Assembly: GCA_963701965.1 (NCBI GenBank)
Contig: OY969695.1
Location: 2,400,001-2,464,000, forward strand
Direction of reading: 5' to 3'
DNA: 64,000 bases
Source of the DNA: an uncultured Gemmatimonadales bacterium
Lineage (GTDB): Bacteria; Gemmatimonadota; Gemmatimonadetes; Gemmatimonadales; Gemmatimonadaceae
In this document: in pieces, positions 46,716 through 56,715 of the stretch
How positions within the stretch are numbered: position 1 is the first letter of the stretch
How the letters are laid out: each line of letters begins with the position of its first letter
Program-made: the position numbers and the translations under genes
Notes under the pieces: model-generated
Told to the model about the DNA's origin: nothing
Seen by the model: the letters and a program-made list of their open reading frames with translations, nothing else
Databases searched by the model: none

Positions 46716-47902
46716 GCCGGTTGCCCACCGAGAATGTCGCCGAGCGTCGCAATGGCCAGTTCCAATTCCTGCTCCGTGTTGTAGTAGTGTGGCGAGAGCC
46801 GGAGCATCTTCGCGCCCCGGCCCTCGTTGGCGCCTTCCTGCGGATCCGACACCGAGACGTTCACGCCGCGGGCCCGCAGCGCGACCTTGAGCGCGTCGGC
46901 ATCCCGCCCCGCCACGGCTGCCGTGACGATGGCGCCGCGCCGGGCCCCAACATCGGTCGTGCGCACGCCAGGCACGGCGGCGAGCCCCTCGCGCAGCGTC
47001 GCCGCCAGCGCCGCCGGCCGCACGAACGTCACATCACCCACCGTCTGGGCGTACCGGACCGCCGCACCCATCCCCAAGACCAGGGCGTAGGGGTACTCCC
47101 AATTCTCGAACCGCCGCGCCCCGGGCGCCAGCGCGTACTCGCCGGGAGCCGTCCACGCCGCGCCGCGCATGTCGACGTAGAGCGGATACGCGCCGCGCGC
47201 GGCGATGCGCTCCGACACGTACAGAAACCCGATGCCGCGCGGCCCGCGCAGAAACTTCCGCGCCGTCCCCGCCAGGAAGTCGCACTTGACGGCCCGCACA
47301 TCGACCGGGACCTGCCCGACCGCCTGGCAGGCGTCGACGATGTACGGCACCCCCAGATCCTCGCACACCGCGCCGACGGCGGCGACGTCCTGGATCAACC
47401 CCGAGTTCGTCGGAATCCAACTGACCGCCACCACCCGGCACTTGGGGTCCCGGGCCAGCGCGCGCACGCTCTCGGGGTCGACGCCCCCCTCCGGGAGATC
47501 GGCCGCCTTTCTGATCTCGACGCCGAGTCGCCGGGCGAGCGACAAATACATGATGTGATTCGACGGATAGTCGGCCCGCGTGGTGACGATGACGTCACCG
47601 GGGTGGAAGTCGAACGCCGACAACGCCAGCGCAAACGCCACCGTGGCGTTCTCCACGACCGCGATCTCGCCGGCCTTCGCACCGATATAGCGCGCTAGGT
47701 CGTCATACACGGCCCGGATCGCCGGCGCCGCGGCGTCCTCGGCCTCGTACCCGCCGATCGCGGACTCGAGCTGGAGGTGCGCGGCGATGGCTTCGCTGAC
47801 AGGGTCCGGCATGAGCGCGGCGCCGGCGTTATTGAGGTGGATCCGGTCCCGACAGCCGGGCGTTTCGGCGCGCCACCCGTCGAGGGCATCGATACGCTGC
47901 AT
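46712..47902 (-). CDS. Class V PLP enzyme, EgtE-like C-S lyase candidate
   Basis: HLNNAGA, HLQLESAIGGYEA, DACQ, TARKFLRGPRG, RLSPHYYN; no catalytic-Cys loop. Confidence 0.75.
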   Translation of the reverse strand: MQRIDALDGWRAETPGCRDRIHLNNAGAALMPDPVSEAIAAHLQLESAIGGYEAEDAAAPAIRAVYDDLARYIGAKAGEIAVVENATVAFALALSAFDFHPGDVIVTTRADYPSNHIMYLSLARRLGVEIRKAADLPEGGVDPESVRALARDPKCRVVAVSWIPTNSGLIQDVAAVGAVCEDLGVPYIVDACQAVGQVPVDVRAVKCDFLAGTARKFLRGPRGIGFLYVSERIAARGAYPLYVDMRGAAWTAPGEYALAPGARRFENWEYPYALVLGMGAAVRYAQTVGDVTFVRPAALAATLREGLAAVPGVRTTDVGARRGAIVTAAVAGRDADALKVALRARGVNVSVSDPQEGANEGRGAKMLRLSPHYYNTEQELELAIATLGDILGGQPA

Positions 47903-47961
47903 ATTGGAGATGTTAACGAGTCCCCTGCCGGCGCGTCTGGATTAGAGAGAGGTTATCGATC

Positions 47962-48225
47962 ATGACACCCGTTTCCGTGACCCCCCCGATGTCGCAAGAT
48001 GCCGTCGCCGCGGCGCTGACGCCCGCCGAGACGTGGATCCTGCGCAGCGTCCCGCTTGGCGATTGGACGACACCCGCCCAAGCCGCGCCGAATCTATCCA
48101 AGTTGGCCGACGTCGATCGCATGGCCGAGTGGGCCTATCTGTACCTGGAAACCCTGCTCCGCAAGGGGTACGTCGAGCGCCGGTCGCTCGACGACGGGAC
48201 CCCGCAGTATCGGCGTACGCGCTAA
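47962..48225 (+). CDS. Small hypothetical protein, possibly winged helix
   Basis: LTPAETWIL...LETLLRKGYVERR. Confidence 0.5.
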   Translation: MTPVSVTPPMSQDAVAAALTPAETWILRSVPLGDWTTPAQAAPNLSKLADVDRMAEWAYLYLETLLRKGYVERRSLDDGTPQYRRTR

Positions 48226-49763
48226 CGCAGGTTGGCCGGCGGCGCGAACCGCGATTCGGCGATCGCGGGCACGGCGACCGCCGACGTGATGAGGATCACG
48301 ACGGGCGGTGCCGCGGTCCCGCCTTTGGTCCCGCTCTCGATGCGCGACGGGAACTTGACCCCGCCGACATCCACGTAGGACTCGAAGAACGACTCGTACG
48401 TTTGCGGCTTGCCGTCGTGGGTGACGGTGCCCTCCCATTTCACAGGCAGGGACGTGCCGCGGTCGATGAAGTACACATGCTGTGCCCCATCGCTCAGGGT
48501 CACACGCAGCTTGTACGCGTCGCGGCCCCGCACGGGCTCAGTGCCGATGAGCGCGACGGCGGCGCCCTTGGCGCGATAGTCCACCAAGGGTCCCAGCAGG
48601 TCCGCCTCGTGGGAGATGTTCTGTTGCTCGTCGGGTGACATGCGCGTGGGCGTGGTGTCGCCCGGTGCCACCTGCCATCCCGTCCGGCCATCGAACACGC
48701 GGAGGAGGGTCTTGCCGCCCTCCGTGAGCTGCATCCGCATCTCATTGGGCAGCTTGTACTCGATCAGCTCGGCCGCCGTGTCCCGCCTGCTCAGGAGAAA
48801 CAGGCCCTTGAGCTTCACAGACTGGAGCGCGCGCATGTTGGCCAGTCCCCCACGCGCGGCGATGACCCGGGCGATGATGGCATCGACCGAATCGCCCGGC
48901 TCCGCACCCGGCGTCGCGCCGCTCGTGACCCAGGCCGTCCACCAGATGTCCCGCAACATGCGGGCACCCGCTTCCAACCGCTCGGCCGTGAACTGGCGGT
49001 GCGCGGCATCGGTCGTCGTCGAGTCGAACGGTGCGCGCTGCTCCAGGTCGTACAGCTCCGTGACGTGCGAATGGGTCTCGCGCAGATAGTCGAGGATCGC
49101 GGGACGGAGCGACGCGAAGACCCGCGCCGGCTCGGCGATGCGCAGCGCGGCATCGCCCGGCGCGAAATGCGTCTGGACGTAAATGGTCTCGAATCGCGCG
49201 TGGAACCCGTGGGCCGTGGTGTATCCCTTGGGGTTGTCGCCGACCCATCCGTCGAAGTGGATGGTGGTATGGTGCGGGTTCGATGCGTCGGCGACGAAGT
49301 GGCCGAGGATGCCGGCGTCGTTGATGGCGCGGGCCTCGATCCAGCCGCGCGTCCGCGCGTCCGTCGCGGCGCGCCACAGACGGAACTCCTCGCGGAGGCG
49401 TTGCGACAACTCGAGGATGCCGAACGGCAGGAGGCCGGCCCCCGACGCCTCGACACCCGCGACGCGGAGCGAGTCGAGATACGCGAACCGGTCTTTGGCA
49501 GCCAACGCGCCGGGTGGGACGCGCTCCATGTCGATGAAATGGTCCGGCGCGAAAGCGTCATCCATCGCCGGGTCCAGCCCGCGCTCGGCGCGATCGCGCC
49601 AGCGGTCGGGCTCGGGGTTGAGGTACGACAGCTGATCGGCGGCCTGACGAAAAAAGGCGGGCATCTCCTGCGGGAGCGCCGCGGCCGCCGCGGCACCAAT
49701 CATTCGATGACCCGCCTCGCCCCAGCGGGCGAACAACACGAGGGCGATCAGCGTCGTCTTCAT
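48222..49763 (-). CDS. Exported S1/P1 nuclease (zinc phospholipase C-like) fused to a C-terminal beta-rich domain
   Basis: WGEAGH, PDRWR, HFID, GHFVADASNPHH, HARFE; second domain starts SVDAIIARVIAARGG. Confidence 0.8.
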   Translation of the reverse strand: MKTTLIALVLFARWGEAGHRMIGAAAAAALPQEMPAFFRQAADQLSYLNPEPDRWRDRAERGLDPAMDDAFAPDHFIDMERVPPGALAAKDRFAYLDSLRVAGVEASGAGLLPFGILELSQRLREEFRLWRAATDARTRGWIEARAINDAGILGHFVADASNPHHTTIHFDGWVGDNPKGYTTAHGFHARFETIYVQTHFAPGDAALRIAEPARVFASLRPAILDYLRETHSHVTELYDLEQRAPFDSTTTDAAHRQFTAERLEAGARMLRDIWWTAWVTSGATPGAEPGDSVDAIIARVIAARGGLANMRALQSVKLKGLFLLSRRDTAAELIEYKLPNEMRMQLTEGGKTLLRVFDGRTGWQVAPGDTTPTRMSPDEQQNISHEADLLGPLVDYRAKGAAVALIGTEPVRGRDAYKLRVTLSDGAQHVYFIDRGTSLPVKWEGTVTHDGKPQTYESFFESYVDVGGVKFPSRIESGTKGGTAAPPVVILITSAVAVPAIAESRFAPPANLR

Positions 49764-50827
49764 GCGCGCAAATTTCGCAGCGCCACCAAGAGCTCGGAAG
49801 GCCGGCGCGTTGGGGGCCGCACCCCGACGTGCAGGTAGTCATGACCCGCGCCGCTCCACTCGCGGCGCAGTGACACGGTGTGGGCACGGCCGCACTCGCA
49901 TTCCCACGCGTGTAACGACTCCGTACCCACGGCAGGGATCGGCAACGGCCCCGCCGTGAGCACCCGCGCGCACGTCACCCGTACGCCCGCCACCTGACAT
50001 CCAAATCTCACCCAAACGGTGCCCTCTCCGGCGGCCACGACTTGCCGCCCCTTGGCATCGAGCTCGACCCACCAGACGCGCGCCTGTCTCTTGTCTCCGG
50101 CCCCCGCCGCTCCGGACACCATCTCTCCGGTCACCGTCAACTCTCCGGCACACGTCACCAGTCCCTGTCTCGGGGCTCGTATCGCGCGGACGATGGCGGC
50201 GCCAAAGACAGCGTCGGCGCCTGCGGCGCGTAGCGCCGCGGCACAGGCGCCGAGGGTGGTCCCCGTGGTCACGATGTCATTGGCGACGATCACGACGCGA
50301 CGGCGCACGCTTTTGCGAACACGGTACGCGCCAGCGCTCGCCGCCCTTCGGGCGGCCGCGCCGAGTGTCGCTTGGCGAAAATCGCGGGTTTTCTCCAGCA
50401 CGGACGCCAAGCGAACTCCGGGAAGTGCACGCGCGGCGAGCGTGCACAGGGTCCGCATGTGCGTGCGATTGTGGCGAAAAGACGGCACCGGGGTCAGAAG
50501 TGTGTCATCAGGGAGCCCGTAGGTCGCCGCTACGGCCAGCACGCTGCGCGCGAGCATCTCGGCGAGGGCTGGACCGAGCGACGCCACGTCGGGGGCGTTG
50601 GCCGGCGAGGCTTCTTTGAATGCGACGACACCCGCGTACACGTCGCGAAGCGACGGTCGCGGGGCATCCCCTCTCCCGCGGTACATAGACGCGGTGATTG
50701 GGCACCCCGGTTCCCGCAGGCACGCTCCGCAGATGAGCCCGCCTTCGGCGATGATCCAGGTGTCTTCGGTCAGATCGTCCGAGCCGCATATCGCACACCG
50801 CCGCCCGGACAGCGGCTCACCGTTCAT
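49760..50827 (-). CDS. ComF-like phosphoribosyltransferase-fold protein with Cys-rich termini
   Basis: CAIC...ICGAC, LTPVPS, QATL...R, VIVANDIVTTGTTLGACAAALRAAGA. Confidence 0.7.
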   Translation of the reverse strand: MNGEPLSGRRCAICGSDDLTEDTWIIAEGGLICGACLREPGCPITASMYRGRGDAPRPSLRDVYAGVVAFKEASPANAPDVASLGPALAEMLARSVLAVAATYGLPDDTLLTPVPSFRHNRTHMRTLCTLAARALPGVRLASVLEKTRDFRQATLGAAARRAASAGAYRVRKSVRRRVVIVANDIVTTGTTLGACAAALRAAGADAVFGAAIVRAIRAPRQGLVTCAGELTVTGEMVSGAAGAGDKRQARVWWVELDAKGRQVVAAGEGTVWVRFGCQVAGVRVTCARVLTAGPLPIPAVGTESLHAWECECGRAHTVSLRREWSGAGHDYLHVGVRPPTRRPSELLVALRNLRA

Positions 50828-50945
50828 GCCGGTAGCTTCGATATTCGCGAACGCGCCACTGTCATCAGGGCGCCACGAGCATGCTTCCTGCGAACTGGGG
50901 CGGAATTCGATTTCCGTTCGCCCCCGCCCGGTCATCTTTCAGGGG

Positions 50946-52289
50946 ATGCCTATCGTGTCCACTAGTGCTACACGCGCACCGGCGCTCGTCGACGAACTGG
51001 AGCATCTGCTTCAGGACGCCCGGGAACGTACGCTGCTGCTGATCGATACGCTCACCGATCACGACCTGACGGTGCAGCATGACGTCCTCATGAGCCCGAT
51101 CCTTTGGGATCTCGGGCACATCGCATCATTCGAGCGGCTCTGGCTCGTGCGCCAGTTGGACCAGCCAATCGAGTTCGGCGAGATGCCGGGCCTGTACAAT
51201 CCCTTTGAGCACCCGCGGCGCGTGCGCGGCGCGCTCCAGCTGCCGTCGCGGAGCGACATCCTGCAGTTGCTCGCCGAAGCCCAGAACGAGGCGCTGGAGC
51301 GGCTGGCCGATGTCGATTTCGACTCGGGTTCGCCGTTGCTCAAGGACGGCTACGTCTATCGCATGGTCGCACAGCACGAGCACCAGCACAACGAGACCAT
51401 GCTCCAGACACTGCAGCTCAAGCTCGGCGGTGCGTATCGGCCGCCGCGACGCCGCCAACTGCCCGCGGCGCTCGAAGCGCGCGGGGTCATGGCCGACACC
51501 GGCGGATCGATGGTGCGCGTGCCGGCCGGCGAGTACACGATCGGTACCGATGATCGGAGCGCCGCCTACGACAACGAGCGTCCAGGGCACATCGTGACCC
51601 TGGCGCCGTTTCGCATCGATGTCACGCCGGTCACCAACGACCAGTATCTGGCGTTCATCGCCGACGGCGGCTACAGCCGCCCGGAGCTGTGGTCGGTCGA
51701 AGGCCGCACGTGGCTCGACGAGTCGCGCGCCGAAGCGCCGCGGTACTGGTCGCTCTCCGATGGGGGATGGTGGTCGCGCTCGATGGATCGCGCGGAGCCG
51801 GTCGACCCGACGCGCCCCGTGTGCCACGTGTCGTACTACGAGGCCGAGGCGTTCGCCCGGTGGGCGGGCAAGCGGTTGCCGACGGAAGCCGAGTGGGAAG
51901 TCGCGGCGACGTGGGATAGTCGCGCCCGACGGGCGCGGCAGTTTCCGTGGGGCGATGCGCCCGCCACACCCGAGCTGGCCAACATCGACCAACTGGCGTT
52001 CGCCACCGCGCCCGTGGGCGCGTTCCCACGCAACGTGTCGCCGCTCGGGTGCTACGGCATGATCGGCGACGTATGGGAGTGGACGTCGAGCGACTTCGGC
52101 CCGTACCCCGGGTTCGCGGCGTTTCCGTACCGCGAGTACTCGGAGGCCTTCTTTGGTCCGGAGTACAAGGTGCTGCGCGGCGGATCGTGGGCCACGCGAC
52201 CGGGGACGGTGCGCGCCACGTTCCGCAACTGGGACTACCCGCAGCGCCGCCAAATCTTCAGCGGCTTCCGGTGCGCGGCCGATGATTGA
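50946..52289 (+). CDS. egtB: Ergothioneine sulfoxide synthase (type I-like)
   Basis: DinB domain WDLGH and HEHQHNE iron ligands; FGE-sulfatase domain RLPTEAEWE; YREYS; FRNWDYPQRRQIFSGFRCA. Confidence 0.93.
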   Translation: MPIVSTSATRAPALVDELEHLLQDARERTLLLIDTLTDHDLTVQHDVLMSPILWDLGHIASFERLWLVRQLDQPIEFGEMPGLYNPFEHPRRVRGALQLPSRSDILQLLAEAQNEALERLADVDFDSGSPLLKDGYVYRMVAQHEHQHNETMLQTLQLKLGGAYRPPRRRQLPAALEARGVMADTGGSMVRVPAGEYTIGTDDRSAAYDNERPGHIVTLAPFRIDVTPVTNDQYLAFIADGGYSRPELWSVEGRTWLDESRAEAPRYWSLSDGGWWSRSMDRAEPVDPTRPVCHVSYYEAEAFARWAGKRLPTEAEWEVAATWDSRARRARQFPWGDAPATPELANIDQLAFATAPVGAFPRNVSPLGCYGMIGDVWEWTSSDFGPYPGFAAFPYREYSEAFFGPEYKVLRGGSWATRPGTVRATFRNWDYPQRRQIFSGFRCAADD

Positions 52290-53238
52290 GATGCGCGACG
52301 TCACTGGCGACGCCACCGCCTTCCAGCGCGCCGATCCCGCGATCGTGGCCGACGTGCGCGCGGGACTGAGCCGGCCGCAGAAAGAGCTGTCGCCGAAATT
52401 CTTCTACGACCAGCGCGGCTCCCAGCTGTTCGAGGAGATCACGCGGCTGCCCGAGTATTACCTGACGCGCACGGAGCGGGCGCTGTTGCCCGAGGTCGCA
52501 CCCACGCTGTCGGCGGCGACGCTCGTGGAGTTGGGCGCCGGCAACGCCGAGAAGACGCGCATTCTGTTGGATGACATGTCGGCGCGATCGCTCGAGGCCT
52601 ACGTCCCCGTCGACGTCAGTGCCACATTTCTGGCCCAGACCGCGACGCGACTGCGCGCCGAGTATCCCGGGCTCAGCGTGATGCCGTTGGTGGCAGACAT
52701 GACCGAGGGCGCACCCGCTCCCCGGGCGTTGCCGCGTCCCGTGCTTTATGCGCTCTTGGGGAGTACGATCGGGAATTTCACCGACGAAGAGGCCGTCGCG
52801 TTGCTGCGGCACGTCCGCGCCGGCATGGACCATGGCGACCGACTGTTGCTCGGAGCAGACCTGGTGAAGGACCCGGCCATTATCGAGGCGGCGTACAACG
52901 ATACGCGCGGCATCACCGCCGAGTTCAACCGCAACATCCTGCGCGTGGTCGGCCGGGAGCTCAACGCCGATTTCCATCCCGATCTGTTCGCGCATTGGGC
53001 CTTTTTCAACGGCGTCGCGGGGCGCATCGAGATGCATCTCGTCGCCACGCGCGATCTGTGCATCGCGATCCCCGACATCGGCCGCGTGTTCGTGCGGCGC
53101 GGCGAATCCATCCGCACGGAGATCAGCAACAAGTACGATCGGCCACGGCTCACGCGGATCATGGACGCCGCGGGATTGCGCGTCGCGCAATGGAACACCG
53201 ACCCTACCGGGGGCTATGCCCTGGTCCTCGGTGCCTAG
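52282..53238 (+). CDS. egtD: Histidine N-alpha-methyltransferase
   Basis: PKFFYDQRGSQLFEEITRLPEYYLTRTE, ELGAG, GSTIGN, AYND, FNRN, TEISNKY. Confidence 0.95.
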   Translation: MIEMRDVTGDATAFQRADPAIVADVRAGLSRPQKELSPKFFYDQRGSQLFEEITRLPEYYLTRTERALLPEVAPTLSAATLVELGAGNAEKTRILLDDMSARSLEAYVPVDVSATFLAQTATRLRAEYPGLSVMPLVADMTEGAPAPRALPRPVLYALLGSTIGNFTDEEAVALLRHVRAGMDHGDRLLLGADLVKDPAIIEAAYNDTRGITAEFNRNILRVVGRELNADFHPDLFAHWAFFNGVAGRIEMHLVATRDLCIAIPDIGRVFVRRGESIRTEISNKYDRPRLTRIMDAAGLRVAQWNTDPTGGYALVLGA

Positions 53239-54409
53239 CGCCGCGCGGCTCGTCGACGCGCTCCGGGCCCGGGCGTTCACGCCCGGCCGGGCGCGCGCCA
53301 TCGGCGCCGAAGTCGAGTTCGTCCCCGTCGACCGGGAGACACGCCGGCCACTGCCGATCGGCGGCGGCGTGCGGATTGCCCGCCGGGCGGCTCTCCGCCT
53401 CGGACTCGCCGAGTACATGGGACCGTACGGGGTGCCGAATTTCGCCACCGATGGCAAGGGCGCGCTGACGTTCGAGCCCGGCGGCCAGATCGAGTACAGC
53501 GCCCCGCCGTTTCCGTCGGCGTCGGCGCTGGCCGCGAATCTCCGTGAGGCCCACGCCACGCTCCGGGACACCGCCGACGCCGCGCACGTCGACTTGCTCT
53601 CGTTGGGCATCGACCCGTGCAATGCCGTCGAATGTACGAGCCTCCAGATCGGCGGCTCGCGCTATCCCGCGATGGACGCGTACTTCCGATCCATCGGCCC
53701 GTTTGGCGCTCGCATGATGCGCCAGACGGCGTCGTTCCAGGTGAGCCTCGACCGCGGCGAGGATCCGACGGCCGCCTGGCGCTTGCTGAACGCGGCGGCC
53801 CCGGTCATCGTCGCCCTGTTCGCCAACTCGTCGCGGTACGAGGGCCAAGACACCGGACATCGGAGTTTTCGCGCGCACGTGTGGCGCCGGCTGGATCCGG
53901 CGCGGACCGGCGTGCTGTCGGGGGGCGATGATCCGGCGGGCGAGTATGGCGCATTCGCCCTGCGCGCTCCGGCGATCCTGCACGTCGACCCCGATGGGAT
54001 GTACCAGCCATTTGGGGCGCTGCTTGCGCAGGGGATCGTGAACGATCACGATTGGGCGGTGCATCTGACGACGCTCTTCCCGGAGGTACGAGCACGTGGG
54101 ACCTTCGAGGTGCGGTCGGCGGACGCGATCCCGCCCGAGTGGTACGTGGTGCCGCTCGCCTTGCTCGGCGGTTTGGCGTACGACGCCGCCGCGCGCGCCG
54201 CGGCGTCGGACCTCCTCGGCGCCCCGGATCCGTGCCGGCTGGTGCGGGCCGGCCAGGAAGGACTCGCCGACCTCCGTGAGGCTCGGGCGGCGGCCGAGCT
54301 CGTGGACATCGCGGTCGCCGGATGCCGCCGGCTTGGTCCCGCGTTCGTCGATCCGGGCGACCTCGAGCGCGTGGACGAATTTCGCGAGCGGTACATCCCG
54401 CACGGATAG
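53216..54409 (+). CDS. egtA: Glutamate-cysteine ligase (GCS2/EgtA-like)
   Basis: IGAEVEF, TFEPGGQIEYS, MMRQTASFQV, FANS, HLTTLFPEVR, EVRSAD; in operon with egtBD. Confidence 0.85.
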   Translation: MPWSSVPSAARLVDALRARAFTPGRARAIGAEVEFVPVDRETRRPLPIGGGVRIARRAALRLGLAEYMGPYGVPNFATDGKGALTFEPGGQIEYSAPPFPSASALAANLREAHATLRDTADAAHVDLLSLGIDPCNAVECTSLQIGGSRYPAMDAYFRSIGPFGARMMRQTASFQVSLDRGEDPTAAWRLLNAAAPVIVALFANSSRYEGQDTGHRSFRAHVWRRLDPARTGVLSGGDDPAGEYGAFALRAPAILHVDPDGMYQPFGALLAQGIVNDHDWAVHLTTLFPEVRARGTFEVRSADAIPPEWYVVPLALLGGLAYDAAARAAASDLLGAPDPCRLVRAGQEGLADLREARAAAELVDIAVAGCRRLGPAFVDPGDLERVDEFRERYIPHG

Positions 54410-54412
54410 TCC

Positions 54413-55150
54413 GTGACGGCCGCGCTTCGCATCGAGGGATTGGTGAAGCGCTGGGGACCGGACGTCGTCGCGCCTGACGGCGTCTCGTTTGACGTCGGCG
54501 CCGGCGAGTGCGTGGCGCTCATCGGCGAGAGCGGGTCCGGCAAGACCACGTTGCTCCGCACGATCAATCGCATGGTCGAACCCGACGCGGGGACGGTGTG
54601 GTTCGACGGCCGTCCGACCGTCGAGATCGATCCCGTGGATCTGCGCCGGCACATGGGATACGTCCCGCAGGACGGCGGGCTGCTCCCGCACTGGCGCGTG
54701 CGGCGGAATGTCGGACTCGTGCCGTGGCTCCTCGGGCGCAACGGCGCGGCGGTGGCCGACGAGGCCCTGCGCCTGGTCGGCCTCGACCCGGCGACGTTCG
54801 CCGAGCGGTGGCCCGGAGACTTGTCGGGCGGCCAGCGGCAGCGCGTGGCGATCGCGCGCGCGCTGGCCGCGCATCCGAGCGTGCTGCTGCTCGATGAGCC
54901 GTTCGGCGCGCTCGATGCCATCACGCGCGCGGAATTGCAGGACGCGTTTCGCGATCTGCGCCAACGCCTCGGCACGACGGCGATCCTCGTCACGCACGAC
55001 TTGCGGGAAGCCATCGAGCTCGCGGATCGCATTGCCGTCCTGCACCATGGACGCCTGGAGCAATACGCGCCGCCCGCCACGTTGCTCGGTGCGCCGGCGA
55101 CGCCGTACGTCGCCGAGCTCCTCTCCCGCGCCCACGTGCGCCCCGCGTGA
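54413..55150 (+). CDS. ABC transporter ATPase (osmoprotectant/EgtV-like)
   Basis: GESGSGKT, LSGGQRQR, LLLDEPFGALDAITR, VTHD. Confidence 0.9.
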   Translation: MTAALRIEGLVKRWGPDVVAPDGVSFDVGAGECVALIGESGSGKTTLLRTINRMVEPDAGTVWFDGRPTVEIDPVDLRRHMGYVPQDGGLLPHWRVRRNVGLVPWLLGRNGAAVADEALRLVGLDPATFAERWPGDLSGGQRQRVAIARALAAHPSVLLLDEPFGALDAITRAELQDAFRDLRQRLGTTAILVTHDLREAIELADRIAVLHHGRLEQYAPPATLLGAPATPYVAELLSRAHVRPA

Positions 55151-56715
55151 CCCGGCATCTCGGCGCCCTGGCGTTGGTCCTCGCCGCCATCGTCTCCGGC
55201 AAGACCACACGTCCGGTCATCGTGGGTTCCAAACCGTTCGGCGAGTCCTACATCCTGGCCGAGATGTTCGCGCAGCTTCTCGAAGCCCGCGGGTTCGCGG
55301 TCGAGCGGCGGCCGGGACTCGGGGCCACCGACGTGGCTTACCCGGCGCTCGTCCGGAGCGCGATCGACGTATACCCCGAGTACACCGGGACCGGCTTGGT
55401 CGCCATCCTCGGCGAGTCACCCGCGGGCTCGGCGCAAGACGTGTACGCCCGCGTCGCCACCGCGCTCGGCCGCCGCAATGGCGTGCGGTGGCTGCCGCCG
55501 CTCGGCTTTCAGAACACCTACGCGATAGCGGTGCGCCGGGCGACGGCCGACTCGCTCCACCTGTCGACCCTAAGCGACCTGGCGCGCGTTGGCGCCCACC
55601 TGCGCGGCGGGCTCACGGCGGACTTCATCGGACGACCCGACGGCCTGCCGGCGCTGCAACGCGCGTACGGCCTGACGCTCGCCGACGTCAAAGCGCTCTT
55701 GCCGGCCGTCAAGTATCGCGCGCTCGCCCAGGGCGCCGTCGACGTGATCGACGGCTACGAGACCGATGGCGCGATCGCCCGGTATCACGTCGCGGTGCTG
55801 ACCGACGACCGCCGCGTCTTTCCGCCCTACGAGGCCGCCGCGGTCGTCAGCCCGGCGCTGCAGCGCGATCTACCCGGCGCCGTCCTGGCGCTGGCCGAGC
55901 TGTCCGATCGTCTCGACACCGCGCGCATGCGCGCCCTCAATCAGGAGCTGGAGCTCGACGGTGTGCCGGTGGGCACGATCGCCCGCCAGGCGCTCGTGGC
56001 GCTCCACCTGGTCGCCGATTCCTCGGCCACCGCCGCGGCCCCGGCGCGGCGCGAGGGGCTGGTTCAGTACGTGCGCGACGAGAGCGCCCACCTCACGAAC
56101 CTGACCGGGCGGCATCTCCTGCTGGTCGCGGTTTCCCTGGCCCTGGCGATCCTGTTCTCGGTGCCGCTGGGACTGGCCTTGATGTCGGCGCCCCGACAGG
56201 CGGAGGGCGTGATTCGCGCCGTGGGCGTGCTGGAGACGATCCCCGGCATTGCCCTCGTCGCGTTCATGATCCCGCTCTTCGGCATCGGTGTCGTTCCTGC
56301 GTTGGTCGCGCTCTTTCTGTATTCCCTCTATCCGATCCTGCGCAACACCTATACGGGCGTGCGGGATGCCGATCCGGGTGCCGCGGACGCCGCGCAAGCG
56401 CTGGGGATGACCCGCGCCCAAGTGCTACTCTACGTGCGGCTGCCCCTCGCCGCGCCGGTGATCATGGCGGGGATTCGGACGGCCGCCGTCATCGACGTCG
56501 GCACCGCCACGCTGGCCGCGTTCATTGGCGCGGGGGGCCTGGGCGACCCGATCGTCTCCGGCCTCGCGCTCAACGACACGCGCTTGATCCTCTCCGGCGC
56601 CATTCCCGCCGCGCTCCTCGCGCTGGCCGTCGACGGCCTTCTGGCCGGCGCCGAACGCTGGATCGCGCCTATGGGCAGACGACGCGGCCGTCGCCCGTAT
56701 GCACCGTCCCGATGA
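55147..56715 (+). CDS. Fused substrate-binding protein + permease (betaine/ergothioneine-type ABC importer)
   Basis: GSKPFGES, IDVYPEYTGT, FQNTYA, FPPY, then TMs with YPILRNTYTG, GAGGLG. Confidence 0.88.
   Translation: MTRHLGALALVLAAIVSGKTTRPVIVGSKPFGESYILAEMFAQLLEARGFAVERRPGLGATDVAYPALVRSAIDVYPEYTGTGLVAILGESPAGSAQDVYARVATALGRRNGVRWLPPLGFQNTYAIAVRRATADSLHLSTLSDLARVGAHLRGGLTADFIGRPDGLPALQRAYGLTLADVKALLPAVKYRALAQGAVDVIDGYETDGAIARYHVAVLTDDRRVFPPYEAAAVVSPALQRDLPGAVLALAELSDRLDTARMRALNQELELDGVPVGTIARQALVALHLVADSSATAAAPARREGLVQYVRDESAHLTNLTGRHLLLVAVSLALAILFSVPLGLALMSAPRQAEGVIRAVGVLETIPGIALVAFMIPLFGIGVVPALVALFLYSLYPILRNTYTGVRDADPGAADAAQALGMTRAQVLLYVRLPLAAPVIMAGIRTAAVIDVGTATLAAFIGAGGLGDPIVSGLALNDTRLILSGAIPAALLALAVDGLLAGAERWIAPMGRRRGRRPYAPSR

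Noticed and set aside
50946..52289. Selenoneine (senA) or ovothiol (ovoA) synthase
   Set aside because: No SenB glycosyltransferase or SelD nearby and no C-terminal methyltransferase; egtD and egtA neighbours fit ergothioneine
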